Assembly: GCA_036378295.1 (NCBI GenBank)
Contig: DASUWS010000203.1
Coordinates: forward strand, 27,217-91,216
Length of the DNA stretch: 64,000 bases
Origin: Ktedonobacterales bacterium
GTDB lineage: Bacteria; Chloroflexota; Ktedonobacteria; Ktedonobacterales; JADMIN01
Reading direction: 5' to 3'
A program made the translations under genes and the position numbers. The notes below the pieces were generated by a model. It was not told the origin of the DNA. It ran no database searches and was given only the letters and a program-made list of their open reading frames with translations. Shown in pieces: positions 53,522 to 63,073 of this stretch. The stretch's first letter is position 1. Each line of letters starts with the position of its first letter.

Positions 53522-54373
53522 CTATTGCTGATCAGTCGTCTCGACGGGGAAGCGCTCGGCCCAGGCCGAATAGCCGCCCGCGAGTGCCGCCGCTGCGTAG
53601 CCGCGCTCCGCCAGCAGTGCCGCCGCGTGTTCACCACGCGACTGCCCCGGATGGTGCATGTTGCAGTAGGTGACGATGGGGCGGTCCTTCGGCAGCACAT
53701 CTGTCTGCGCGGCCAGATCGGCCAGCGGTAGATTGCGCGCGCCGGGCAGATGACCCGCCGCATACTCCTTGGGATCGCGCACGTCGATGATGAGCGGCTG
53801 GGACGACGCGCCCTGTATCTGCTCGGCGGTCATCAACGCGCAGGAGATCATTTCCGGCTCACCGTTGACGGCGACCAGCCGCGCGTGGATGCCCGCGGCA
53901 TGTGCCGTCTCGCCACGGCGCTGGTAATACTTCTCCATCTCCTGCAAGGCCCAGGTGAACCCATTGGCCAGGATCTCGCCTTCTATCGGGCCGGGTGGGT
54001 AGTCGCCATAGTAGTTCGGCGTCTGGAGAAACTCCTCGGGGTATTGCTCGATCGCCGCTACTAGCGTCGCCAGGTCGGCTCGTGTCGCCTGGGCCACCTC
54101 GTCCCATGATCGGCTGGCCTGTGCGGCAAGCTCGTTGCGGTTGAGCGCGTCGAAATCCACCTCGCGCGGCGGCTCCTCACCCCGCACATAGAACCCCATC
54201 CGCTCGACCATATAGCGCATCCAGAAGCCCGTGAGGGCGACCAGCTCTTTGGCCGAGTACTCGCTTCTGCCGCCTGGATCAGTGCGCTCATCCGCGCCAC
54301 GACTCGCCAGAAACTCGTCAAGAACCTCGCCCGTCTGGGCAAATGCGGCCAGCATCTCCGCCTTTCGCACCAT
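53522..54373 (-). CDS. fusion of a ClbS/DfsB (DUF1706)-like or DinB-like helical domain with a C-terminal rhodanese domain
   Basis: The ATG sits behind AGGAGG. The N-terminal half (SAKELVALTGFWMRYM...YPEEFL) resembles the ClbS/DfsB motif order; this is tentative. The C-terminal half LIIDVRDPKEYAAGHLPGARNLP...IVTYCNMHHPGQSR is a clear rhodanese. Confidence 0.65.
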   Translation of the reverse strand: MVRKAEMLAAFAQTGEVLDEFLASRGADERTDPGGRSEYSAKELVALTGFWMRYMVERMGFYVRGEEPPREVDFDALNRNELAAQASRSWDEVAQATRADLATLVAAIEQYPEEFLQTPNYYGDYPPGPIEGEILANGFTWALQEMEKYYQRRGETAHAAGIHARLVAVNGEPEMISCALMTAEQIQGASSQPLIIDVRDPKEYAAGHLPGARNLPLADLAAQTDVLPKDRPIVTYCNMHHPGQSRGEHAAALLAERGYAAAALAGGYSAWAERFPVETTDQQ

Positions 54374-54703
54374 GAGTACCTCCTGTGCCTTTCTTGCTTT
54401 CTGCCTGTCTGTCTGTGCGCGTGCTAAGTGGATGGATAATGTGGCTGTGCGGCGCGGTTTCTGCCATCACCCCCGAGTTGCGGCCACGCTTGGCTACCGA
54501 CTTAGTTTCGCGCGCCAGGCCACTCTGAGCACAAGTCTAGAGCCACCAAGCTGACATCTGTTGTCATATTAGATTGGCTGCTGTGCGCCCCGCTACATGC
54601 CAATGACGACCTGTGCTACCATGCTTGTGTAGAAAATGATCGGCATCCGTCGCCACCTGTCCAGGCGGTCGAGACACGTGCAGCATGAGAGGGTACACCT
54701 GAT

Positions 54704-55813
54704 ATGAGCAGTAGTTACGAGGCCCGCATCGGCGCGATGGCCAGCGGCGAGAAGATCGATCTGCGCAGCGACACCGTAACCCACCCTTCGCCTGCGATGC
54801 GCGAGGCGATGTATCGCGCGGAGGTCGGAGACGACGTCTATGGCGAAGACCCGACGGTCAACCGGCTGGAGGAGCTGGCCGCCTCGATGCTGGGTAAGGA
54901 AGCGGCGCTCTTCGTCGCCTCGGGAACGATGGGCAACGCCGTCGCGATGCTGACGCACTGCCGCCGGGGCGACGAGATCATCATGGGCGATCGCGCGCAC
55001 ACCTATCTCTACGAAGTCGGTGGTCCCGCCCGGCTGAACGGCTCCCCAATACGTGTGGTGCCGACGCTCCCGGATGGCACGCTCGACCGCGAGCGGCTGA
55101 GCCGCGCCTTCCAGGGCGACGACATCCACGAAGCACGCACGGGGCTCCTCTGTCTGGAGGATACGCACAATATGTGCGGCGGGCGTGTGCTCGCGTCCGA
55201 GACGCTCCACGAATTGGCGGCGCCCGCGCGAGCGCGTCAGGTGCCGGTGCATATGGACGGCGCGCGCGTCTTCAACGCGGCGGTGGCGCTGGGCATCCCG
55301 GTGAGCGCACTGGCGGCGGAGGTGGATAGCGTGCAGTTCTGCCTCTCGAAAGGGCTGAGCGCGCCGGTTGGCTCGATGGTCGTCGGGTCGCACGCCTTCA
55401 TCGAAGAGGCACGGCGGGTGCGCAAGCTGCTTGGTGGTGGCATGCGCCAGGCGGGCATCATCGCGGCGGCTGGTATCATCGCGCTGACGGAGATGGTGGA
55501 CCGGCTCGCTGAGGACCACGCCAATGCAAAGAAGCTGGCGCAGGGACTGGCGGAGATTCCGGGGATCGCCGTCGAGCCAGAGACCGTCGAGACGAACATC
55601 CTCTTCTTCGGCGTGCGCGACGCCGACGGCAACTCCGCCGATGTCTCGCCGCTCGTGACCGCCGCGGCACGGGCGGGTGTGCTGCTCTCCGGCGGCGACG
55701 ATGGGCGCATCCGCGCCGTGACGCACTATGGCATCTCCGAGGCGGATATCGACCGCGTGCTCTCGGTGCTGGCCGAGGCGATGAAGGAGACCCGGGCGCC
55801 GGTTGGCGCGTAG
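54704..55813 (+). CDS. ltaE: low-specificity L-threonine aldolase
   Basis: IDLRSDTVTHPSPAMREAMYRAEVGDDVYGEDPTVNRLEE, plus FCLSKGLSAPVGS carrying the PLP lysine. Confidence 0.9.
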   Translation: MSSSYEARIGAMASGEKIDLRSDTVTHPSPAMREAMYRAEVGDDVYGEDPTVNRLEELAASMLGKEAALFVASGTMGNAVAMLTHCRRGDEIIMGDRAHTYLYEVGGPARLNGSPIRVVPTLPDGTLDRERLSRAFQGDDIHEARTGLLCLEDTHNMCGGRVLASETLHELAAPARARQVPVHMDGARVFNAAVALGIPVSALAAEVDSVQFCLSKGLSAPVGSMVVGSHAFIEEARRVRKLLGGGMRQAGIIAAAGIIALTEMVDRLAEDHANAKKLAQGLAEIPGIAVEPETVETNILFFGVRDADGNSADVSPLVTAAARAGVLLSGGDDGRIRAVTHYGISEADIDRVLSVLAEAMKETRAPVGA

Positions 55814-55852
55814 TCGCCGTAATGGCAGGATGCGAGTCATAGCTCGCCAGGA

Positions 55853-56644
55853 TCACGGCAGGAAGAAGTCGCGCAGCCGATAGGTGAAGAGCGTCTGCCC
55901 ATCGGTCGCGTGGACCGTCACGGTACTGCTCCGCTCATCGACATCCAGCAGGCCGCTGTGTACGGTCGCATCATAGCCCAGGCTATCCACCTCTTCGCAG
56001 AAGACGCCAAGCGCGTCGCAGCGATAGAGGTGGAGCGTCGGATTTTCGAGGGTGATATCTTCGCGGGCGAGATGATAGCGATACCCCGCGTGGGTGGCGC
56101 TGGCAAGGTGCGTATAGGTCGAGCGGGCACCGAAGAGAGCCAGTGCAATGAGCAGCACGCCGACTATGGCGGTGAGCAGAACCAGAGCAATCCCACTGGC
56201 GACCAGCAATTTGAGGCGATTCGGCTCACGCTGGCGTGTCCGGTGCGCAAACACCAGCCCCACGAGCGCCAGGGCGACCAGACACCCCACCGTTGCCACC
56301 GCAAACGCTGATATGCCTGTCACATCCTCCACGAAGAGCACGAGCGGAACCACCAGCAGATAGAGCAACGTCACAACAGGCGCGCAGCCAACCGGACCAA
56401 GCAGCATCAACGCAAGGGCAGCGCGGCGGCTGCCACGCTCCGCGCCAGTGCCCGCCGCACGCCGCGATAAGGCCGCATTCACGCCGTAGAACGCGAGTGC
56501 CGCGATGAGCAGAAGCAATATGATCACCGGGAGGGCAAGGCGCGCGATATAGGGGGAAATGAGGCTCCAGTAGAAGACCGATGAGCGCGAGACCGCCAGC
56601 GGAAGATGCGCCACAACGGCGTATGAATCAGGAGACAGGCGCAT
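55853..56644 (-). CDS. hypothetical membrane protein
   Basis: About 5 hydrophobic segments followed by a soluble C-terminal domain of roughly 90 aa. No SD at the annotated ATG and no family match. Confidence 0.4.
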   Translation of the reverse strand: MRLSPDSYAVVAHLPLAVSRSSVFYWSLISPYIARLALPVIILLLLIAALAFYGVNAALSRRAAGTGAERGSRRAALALMLLGPVGCAPVVTLLYLLVVPLVLFVEDVTGISAFAVATVGCLVALALVGLVFAHRTRQREPNRLKLLVASGIALVLLTAIVGVLLIALALFGARSTYTHLASATHAGYRYHLAREDITLENPTLHLYRCDALGVFCEEVDSLGYDATVHSGLLDVDERSSTVTVHATDGQTLFTYRLRDFFLP

Positions 56645-56812
56645 AGATCAGGCTCTGGTGTGAGATTCTGTTCTTCATGTCCCAAGTATAGCTGAGCTAC
56701 CAGCGATCTGCTATGACCCATACCACAGCCGGGCAGGGCAGTGGGTTTCAGGTGGGCATCGTTCGCGGGTATTATGTGTGCGATGCTCTCGCGAAACGTC
56801 CCGGGGGGAACT

Positions 56813-58153
56813 ATGGATATTGGCTCAGTAGTGGGAGTGCTGGCGGTCTTCGCATTGGTCGCGATCAACGGATTCTTCGTCGCGGCTGAGTTCGCGCTGG
56901 TCAAGATACGAGCGACGCGCGTGGAGCAGCTCGTGCTGGAAGGTAACGCAATCGCCCGCGTCCTGCAGCGCCAGACATCCCATCTGGATAGCTATATCGC
57001 GGCGACACAGCTTGGTATCACGCTCGCCAGCCTTGCCCTTGGCTGGATTGGCGAGCCGAGCCTCGCCCATCTGATCGAGCCGCTGTTTTCCTGGATCGGC
57101 AACGCCTCGACCGCGGAGGGAATCGCGACGAGCATCGCCGTCGCCATCAGCTTCGTGCTCATCACTGGATTCCATATCGTGCTGGGCGAGCTGGTTCCCA
57201 AGTCCATCGCGCTCCAACGCACCGAGCGCGTCTCGCTCTTCATCGCCGTGCCGCTGCTCGTCTTTGCCCGCGTCTTCCGTCCGTTCATCGTGCTGATGAA
57301 TGGGCTGGGCAATTCCATCGTGCGGCTGCTGGGCCTCTCCACTGGCGGGGAGCACGAGGCCGTCCATACGGTCGAGGAGCTGGAAATCATCGTGGCACAG
57401 AGCCGGAAGGCCGGCATTCTCGACCCGGAAGAGGAGGTGCTGCTGCGGCACGTCTTCGATTTTGGCGACAAGACCGCTGGCGATATCCTGACGCCACGGA
57501 GCGATATCGTCGCTGTGGCCCAGAACACGCCACTGGACGAGGCCGCGCGAATCTCCTATACCTCCGGTTACACCCGCCTGCCCGTCTATCGCGAGACGCT
57601 CGACCAGATCATCGGGGTACTCCACGCGAAAGATCTGCTGCATGCCCGCGAAGAAGCATCCATCAGCGGGACGGCACCAGGCATTGAGTCACTGATGCGT
57701 CCGGCCTCGTTCGCGCTTGAGACGCAGCATCTCGACGAAGTGCTTACCACCTTCCGCCGCGAAGGCGCCCACATGGCGATGGTCATCGACGAGTATGGGC
57801 AGGTGGCTGGGCTGATCACGCTGGAAGACGTGCTGGAGGAGCTTGTCGGCGAGATTCACGACGAGTACGACGTCGGCGAGGATGTTCCTATCAGGCAACA
57901 ACAGGAGGGCGTCTGGACCGTGGCTGGGACCGAGTCGTATGAGAACGTGCGCGCGACTATCGGCCTGCCAGAGATACCCAAGAAGGAACATGGGCAATAC
58001 GGGACACTGGCAGGCCTGTTGATGCTGCGACTGGGGCGGTTGCCGCGCATTGGCGACCGCGTACGCCTGGATCACAACTGGGAGATCGAGGTCACTTCGA
58101 TGGAGGGCCACCGTACACGCCGGGTACTCGTGCGCAGGGTGACAGCGGCGTGA
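56813..58153 (+). CDS. hemolysin-family/CNNM transporter (DUF21, tandem CBS, CorC_HlyC)
   Basis: INGFFVAAEFALVKIR..LGITLASLALGW is the DUF21 domain. A CBS pair and the C-terminal transporter-associated domain follow. Confidence 0.85.
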   Translation: MDIGSVVGVLAVFALVAINGFFVAAEFALVKIRATRVEQLVLEGNAIARVLQRQTSHLDSYIAATQLGITLASLALGWIGEPSLAHLIEPLFSWIGNASTAEGIATSIAVAISFVLITGFHIVLGELVPKSIALQRTERVSLFIAVPLLVFARVFRPFIVLMNGLGNSIVRLLGLSTGGEHEAVHTVEELEIIVAQSRKAGILDPEEEVLLRHVFDFGDKTAGDILTPRSDIVAVAQNTPLDEAARISYTSGYTRLPVYRETLDQIIGVLHAKDLLHAREEASISGTAPGIESLMRPASFALETQHLDEVLTTFRREGAHMAMVIDEYGQVAGLITLEDVLEELVGEIHDEYDVGEDVPIRQQQEGVWTVAGTESYENVRATIGLPEIPKKEHGQYGTLAGLLMLRLGRLPRIGDRVRLDHNWEIEVTSMEGHRTRRVLVRRVTAA

Positions 58154-58237
58154 TAGCGCGATGAGCGAGGACGCTGGCATAGCTCAGGCAGGCTCGCATA
58201 GCTTCCTCAGTGAGGCAGGAAACCAGCTCTCATCCGG

Positions 58238-59314
58238 CTACACTTCTACGCACTCCACCGATACGCCGAAAAAGGCGCCATAGCGCTCGGCGGCGTTGAA
58301 GACCGCCTCGCGCTCCGTCTCGCTCAAAGGGGCAAACGGCGCAAGCTCGATCACCGCTGCCCGCTTTGTGATGGTTCGCCGCCAGTTGCCAATGACTCGT
58401 CCCCCGATCACTATCGTCGCGTTGAATTCGGTTGGTCTGCTGCGAGGCCGCCCATCCGTCAGTGAGGCTCCGAATCCATTGTAGCCGACCAGGAACTCGT
58501 CATACGTTGGCAGCAGGAAGGCATCCGCTGTCTCCGCTACGGGCGCCTGCGACGCTGAGGATGCCGGGAACCAGTACGTTTGCCCGTCGATCTCCTCACG
58601 GGCCAATTCGGCGCCAACCATCTCCAGTCCCGCCCTGACCTCAGCCAGCGTCAGCCCTGACCACCAGGAGAAATCGCGCTCGGTCGCGGGGCCGTGGCCC
58701 GTGAAGTAGCGCCGTGTCAGCTCGGCCAGCGCCTCGTCGCGTGGCAGCATCCGGGCGTTCGGCGCGCGCTCCGCCAGCAGCGCATAGGTAAACTGCTTGC
58801 CGCGCCGGGGACCGCTGCAGATTACCCCATCCACTTCGACGTGCGCCACGATGTGGCCGAGCCGCTGCCCCTCAGCCACGATGCCTGCATCCGCCAATGC
58901 CGCTCTCAACTCTGCGCGCGTGAGGAATTTCCCGCCTTCCAGCGCGCGAGCGATGACGTCGTTACAGCGCGCATAGAGGGCATCGTCGAGCCCTAGCTGG
59001 CGATCATAGTAGGCTATAGCAGCCTTCACACGTGGCGCGGTAAGCTCCAGCATCCAGCGGATATCGGTGGGTATGACGAAGTGCCATGTGGGGCGTAGCA
59101 CGTGCGTGCGCAGAATCACGCCTTCGGCAAACGCCCGCTCGACCGCGGCTTCGGTGGCGTTCCGCATCCGCATGCCCAGCGACCAGATTGCCCCTGGGTA
59201 CTCCTGCGACTGGACGGCGCCCAACCAGCCGACCACCTTCTCAGGGGTTGCAACCTGATTCCGGGTAAGCCGCTGCTGCGCGAGACGCCTCAGACCAATA
59301 GGTGTTGATGCCAC
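58238..59314 (-). CDS. winged-helix DNA glycosylase of the AlkZ/YcaQ (HTH_42, DUF1006) family
   Basis: GLRRLAQQRL..VVGWLGAVQSQEYPGAIWSLGMR..LRTHVLRPTWHFV..RRYFTGHGPATERDFSWWSGL fits the family. The GTG at 59314 behind AGGAGC was chosen. The ORF extends to a TTG at 59374. Confidence 0.75.
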   Translation of the reverse strand: MASTPIGLRRLAQQRLTRNQVATPEKVVGWLGAVQSQEYPGAIWSLGMRMRNATEAAVERAFAEGVILRTHVLRPTWHFVIPTDIRWMLELTAPRVKAAIAYYDRQLGLDDALYARCNDVIARALEGGKFLTRAELRAALADAGIVAEGQRLGHIVAHVEVDGVICSGPRRGKQFTYALLAERAPNARMLPRDEALAELTRRYFTGHGPATERDFSWWSGLTLAEVRAGLEMVGAELAREEIDGQTYWFPASSASQAPVAETADAFLLPTYDEFLVGYNGFGASLTDGRPRSRPTEFNATIVIGGRVIGNWRRTITKRAAVIELAPFAPLSETEREAVFNAAERYGAFFGVSVECVEV

Positions 59315-59420
59315 GGAGAGTGCTCCTGTTAGAATGCTCCTGGACTTCTGCCAGATATGGGCCGCAGTGGACAAGGCCCACCTCGCCCAGGAGACGCCGG
59401 TTCAAGCCTACCTCAGATAT

Positions 59421-60578
59421 CTACTGGGCACGCAACGAGCGGAAGAACTGGCGAATATCGCCAACGAGCAGATCAGGCGCTTCCAGGGCGGCGAAGTGCC
59501 CTCCACGGTCGAACTCCGACCAATGGACGATATTGTTGCCGCGTTCGCCGTAGCGGCGAATGGCTACATCTTCGGCGAATACCGCCACACCCGTTGGTGT
59601 GGTACGTGGTTGCTGGTTCCAACTGGCCATGTGCATATTCTCGTAGTAGACCTGAGCTGAAGAGCCAGCCGTCTTGGTGAGCCAGTAGAGCATCACATCC
59701 GTGAGGATAAGATCACGGTCGATGGCCTTTTCCGGCAGGTCTGTTGCAGGGTAGGTCCATTCCTTGAACTTCTCCACAATCCAGGCGAGTTGGCCAACAG
59801 GCGAGTCGGTAAGCCCGTAGGCGAGCGTCTGCGGGCGAGTGGCCTGAATCTGGAAGTACGCGTTGCCGTCCGTCAGGAAGCGGTTGAGACGTTCGAGGCG
59901 CTGCTTTTCGGCGTCGGTGAAGCTGGCAAGCTCGTCGGCTTCAACAGGCCCGAACGGGATAAACCCCATCGTGGCCGCGTTGACATGCACGCCAACGACG
60001 TGGTCCGGGTCGGCGCTGCCCATCTCGGGGGCAACAAACGCGCCCCAGTCACCGCCCTGCGCGCCATAGCGCTCATAGCCGAGGCGGCGCATCAACTCGA
60101 CCCAGGCCCTGGCAACGCGAGCCGAGGTCCATCCGCTGTCGCGCGTTGGGCCAGAGAAACCAAAGCCGGGAAGCGAAGGGATCACGACATCGAACGCGTC
60201 GGCTGGGTCGCCCCCGTAAGCGCGTGGGTCAGTCAGCGGCCCGATGACGTCGAGGAATTCTACCACTGAGCCTGGCCAGCCGTGGGTAAGGATGAGCGGC
60301 AGGGCATTTGGCTCGGGCGAGCGCACATGCAGGAAGTGGATATGCGCGCCGTCGATCTCGGTCGTGAATTGCGGGAACTGATTGAGCCGCGCTTCATATA
60401 CACGCCAGTCGTAGGATGTTCGCCAGTACTCAGCCAGTTCCTTCAAGTAGCTCACTGGCACACCCCGGCTCCAGCCGGCTCCTGGTACGTCACCGGGCCA
60501 GCGGGTGCGCGCCAGACGATCTCGCAGGTCGTCGAGGTCGGCCTGAGGAATAGCGATGGTAAAGGACTTGATCTCCAT
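59421..60578 (-). CDS. epoxide hydrolase (microsomal/EHN-type alpha/beta hydrolase)
   Basis: [28 protein letters not shown] is the EHN N-terminal domain. [10 protein letters not shown] is the oxyanion motif and GGDWGA the nucleophile. The ATG at 60578 was preferred over 60626. Confidence 0.85.
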   Translation of the reverse strand: MEIKSFTIAIPQADLDDLRDRLARTRWPGDVPGAGWSRGVPVSYLKELAEYWRTSYDWRVYEARLNQFPQFTTEIDGAHIHFLHVRSPEPNALPLILTHGWPGSVVEFLDVIGPLTDPRAYGGDPADAFDVVIPSLPGFGFSGPTRDSGWTSARVARAWVELMRRLGYERYGAQGGDWGAFVAPEMGSADPDHVVGVHVNAATMGFIPFGPVEADELASFTDAEKQRLERLNRFLTDGNAYFQIQATRPQTLAYGLTDSPVGQLAWIVEKFKEWTYPATDLPEKAIDRDLILTDVMLYWLTKTAGSSAQVYYENMHMASWNQQPRTTPTGVAVFAEDVAIRRYGERGNNIVHWSEFDRGGHFAALEAPDLLVGDIRQFFRSLRAQ

Positions 60579-60663
60579 GTGCGCGGGCCTTTCTTGCTTG
60601 CGACAAGCTGCTTCCTGAGCGCTCATCGCCGCGGACTCAACGGGCGGACTTGATGTACTGTTC

Positions 60664-60678
60664 TATACTCCAAGTATA
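60664..60678. promoter_or_regulatory. 15-bp palindrome TATACT-CCA-AGTATA in the divergent spacer (candidate operator and/or back-to-back -10 boxes)
   Basis: Read directly from the DNA. Each arm is a TATACT hexamer on its own strand. A second inverted repeat AATCAGG-N11-CCTGATT lies at 60685-60709. Confidence 0.4.
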
Positions 60679-60738
60679 CCCGTGAATCAGGACAGGATTG
60701 GCCCTGATTATGACAAATTTCACGAGGATTGGCGAAAT

Positions 60739-61695
60739 ATGTATTCCCCTACGACACGCCTCCTGACCGTGCTGGAGCTGTTGGAATCGCGCAGGCAGAT
60801 GAGTGGTCCGGAGATCGCCCGGCGACTCGACGTGGATGAGCGCACGGTCCGGCGCTACATCACCATGCTGCAAGATATGGGCATTCCCGTCGAAGCGGTA
60901 CGTGGTGCCCACGGCGCGTATCGCCTGCGGCGCGGCCATCGCCTGCCTCCGCTCATGTTCACGGATGCCGAGGCCGTTGCGCTGACGCTGGGGTTGCTCG
61001 CAATACGCGAGTTTCGCTTCCCTGTGGATGTCGCGGCGGTCGAGGGGGCGCTCGCCAAGACCGAGCGCGTGCTGCCTGAGCAACCGCTGCAACAGGCGCG
61101 GAGCCTGCGGGAAGCCATGACGTTCTATTCCTCGGCGCCGCGTGTCTCACCGCAGCATGACGTCTTGATGACGCTCAGCAACGCCGTCCAGCAACGCCGC
61201 CGGGTCCATCTGCGCTATCGCTCGTGGGGTGGAGACGAGTCAGAGCGGGACTTCGATCCGTATGGCATCGTGTTCAACGAGGGGTACTGGCATACCGCTG
61301 GCTATTGCCACCTGCGCCACGACCTGCGCACGTTCCGGGTGGACCGCGTCATCTCCAGCGATTTCCGGGACGAGTCCTTCGAGCGCCCGGATGATTTCGA
61401 TGTATTGGGCTACGTCCTGCGCTCCGTCGCCATGATGTCAGGAACCGCTCAGATCGAAGTGCTGCTGGAGACATCGCTGGAGCAGGCACAGCAGATCATC
61501 CCAGCCATCATGGGGACGCTGGAGGCGGCGGAAGGCGGAGTGATCTTCCGCCGCAGCGCATCCCAGCTGGAGTGGGTCGCGCATATCCTGCTCACGCTCG
61601 ATGTTCCAGTACACATCCGCCAGCCAGCCGAGCTACGCGACCTGATGCGGCAGATAGCCGACAAAGCGCTTCGGATGGCGCGCGGCAGGACGTAG
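60739..61695 (+). CDS. WYL domain-containing transcriptional regulator (HTH-WYL-WCX)
   Basis: HTH: RLLTVLELLESRRQMSGPEIARRLDVDERTVRRYITMLQDMGIPV. WYL: VHLRYRSWGGDESERDFDPYGIVFNEGYWHTAGYCHLRHDLRTFRVDRV. A C-terminal extension follows. Confidence 0.8.
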   Translation: MYSPTTRLLTVLELLESRRQMSGPEIARRLDVDERTVRRYITMLQDMGIPVEAVRGAHGAYRLRRGHRLPPLMFTDAEAVALTLGLLAIREFRFPVDVAAVEGALAKTERVLPEQPLQQARSLREAMTFYSSAPRVSPQHDVLMTLSNAVQQRRRVHLRYRSWGGDESERDFDPYGIVFNEGYWHTAGYCHLRHDLRTFRVDRVISSDFRDESFERPDDFDVLGYVLRSVAMMSGTAQIEVLLETSLEQAQQIIPAIMGTLEAAEGGVIFRRSASQLEWVAHILLTLDVPVHIRQPAELRDLMRQIADKALRMARGRT

Positions 61696-62065
61696 CGAAC
61701 GTATGCCGGAGACATCGCATGAGCAGAGCGACCTGATACCGTAGACGCTCCACCAAACGCTACAGGCAGTTTCGAAAGTCGATGCGGCCAGCGTCTGTCG
61801 TATCCTCAGGCGGGCAGTAGAGACCATTGGCCCTGAATACCGTGACCTTCCCTCCTCGGCGCGCAGGCCCTTACCTTTGGGTCGGGGAATAGTGCCATCT
61901 AGAACAGGCGTGCTACAATCCAGCGGTACGGCTTGAGGAAGCGCCTGCTCCTAGAGACCAGGCATCAGTATGACTCGGGCCGGGCAGGCCCGTCAGGCGC
62001 TACCATCGTCCGTTGGCACAGGCGTCGCCTGGGTATCACTCCTGGGGAGTATCAATAGGAGAGGC

Positions 62066-62746
62066 ATGATGAAGTATCTTCTCACTTCCGCAGGCATCAA
62101 GAACGCGAGCATTCACAACGCGCTGGTCGAGCTACTGGGCAAGCCGATCGCCGAGTGCGATGCCCTCTGCATTCCCACGGCCGTGTACGGGCACCCCATG
62201 GCCGGTCCTCGCAACGCGTGGCGGTTCATCAGCGGACAAGAACCGAACTGCCCCATGGTTGGACTGGGTTGGAAGTCCATGGGCGTGCTGGAGCTCACTG
62301 CGCTGCCCAGCCTCGATGAGGAGCGCTGGGTCCCCATGGTCCGAGGGACAGATGTCCTGCTGGTCGAAGGCGGCGATGCCGCGTACCTGTGCCACTGGAT
62401 GCGAGCGTCCGGCCTCGCAGACCTCCTGCCGTCGCTGCGCGAGACGGTTTGGGTGGGACTGAGCGCCGGGAGCATGGTGATGACCCCTCGAATCGGAGAC
62501 GACTTCGTCACCTGGCATTCCCCGGCTGGCGACAGAACGCTGGGCGTGGTCGACTTCTCGATCTTCCCGCACGTCGGAAACCCGGACCTGCCGGAGAACA
62601 CTATGGCCGCAGCGGAGAGGTGGGCGGCCGACATCGCAGGTCCGGCGTATGCGATCGACGACGAGACCGCCATCAAAGTCGTCGACGGCGCCGTCGACGT
62701 CGTCTCCGAGGGGCAATGGAAGCTGTTCACCCCCAAAGAACCTTAA
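62066..62746 (+). CDS. S51 family peptidase (peptidase E-like)
   Basis: MMKYLLTSAG..LCIPTA..LLVEGGDAAYL..VWVGLSAGSMV (Ser nucleophile context)..FPH. The ATG sits behind AGGAGAGG. Confidence 0.7.
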   Translation: MMKYLLTSAGIKNASIHNALVELLGKPIAECDALCIPTAVYGHPMAGPRNAWRFISGQEPNCPMVGLGWKSMGVLELTALPSLDEERWVPMVRGTDVLLVEGGDAAYLCHWMRASGLADLLPSLRETVWVGLSAGSMVMTPRIGDDFVTWHSPAGDRTLGVVDFSIFPHVGNPDLPENTMAAAERWAADIAGPAYAIDDETAIKVVDGAVDVVSEGQWKLFTPKEP

Positions 62747-62768
62747 GATGCTGGCGCGGCCATGAGCC

Positions 62769-62791
62769 GTTGGAGCCGCTCGTGCTCCAAC
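62769..62791 (+). terminator. hairpin after the S51 peptidase gene
   Basis: 8-bp stem GTTGGAGC / GCTCCAAC with a 7-nt loop. The U-tract is weak. Confidence 0.4.
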
Positions 62792-63073
62792 GTGGTTGAA
62801 CGTTCGTGTCGCGTACACCGCCCTCGCGTGACGTACCCCAGCGGGATCGGGCATGCGAGGGTAGTCGCTCGGCACACACACAGCAACACAGCAGCATGAC
62901 GGCGACAGCAAAGAAACTCCGGTAGACGCTGAACAGACGCTCCCAGCGGATGAGGAGCACAGTGCTGGTCCGTCAGATGAATGCTGCTCATACGAGCAGG
63001 CTCATTCAGCGGCCGAGTGTTTTGGAACCGCCTCCAAGTCCAAGAATACACGGGCATGAGATGCGGGCAATGC

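Noticed and set aside
54593-55840. 415-aa minus-strand ORF
   Set aside because: It is antisense to the threonine aldolase gene, which has an unmistakable N-terminal motif and PLP lysine. The same reasoning applies to these ORFs:
- 35170-36015
- 37271-38128
- 44372-45190
- 51608-52441
- 56825-57643
- 62132-62911
62727-62960. 77-aa minus-strand ORF with a hydrophobic, Cys-rich segment in the convergent spacer, considered as a gene remnant
   Set aside because: It has no RBS, no family resemblance, overlapping alternative frames, and an Arg/Trp-rich tail typical of chance ORFs.
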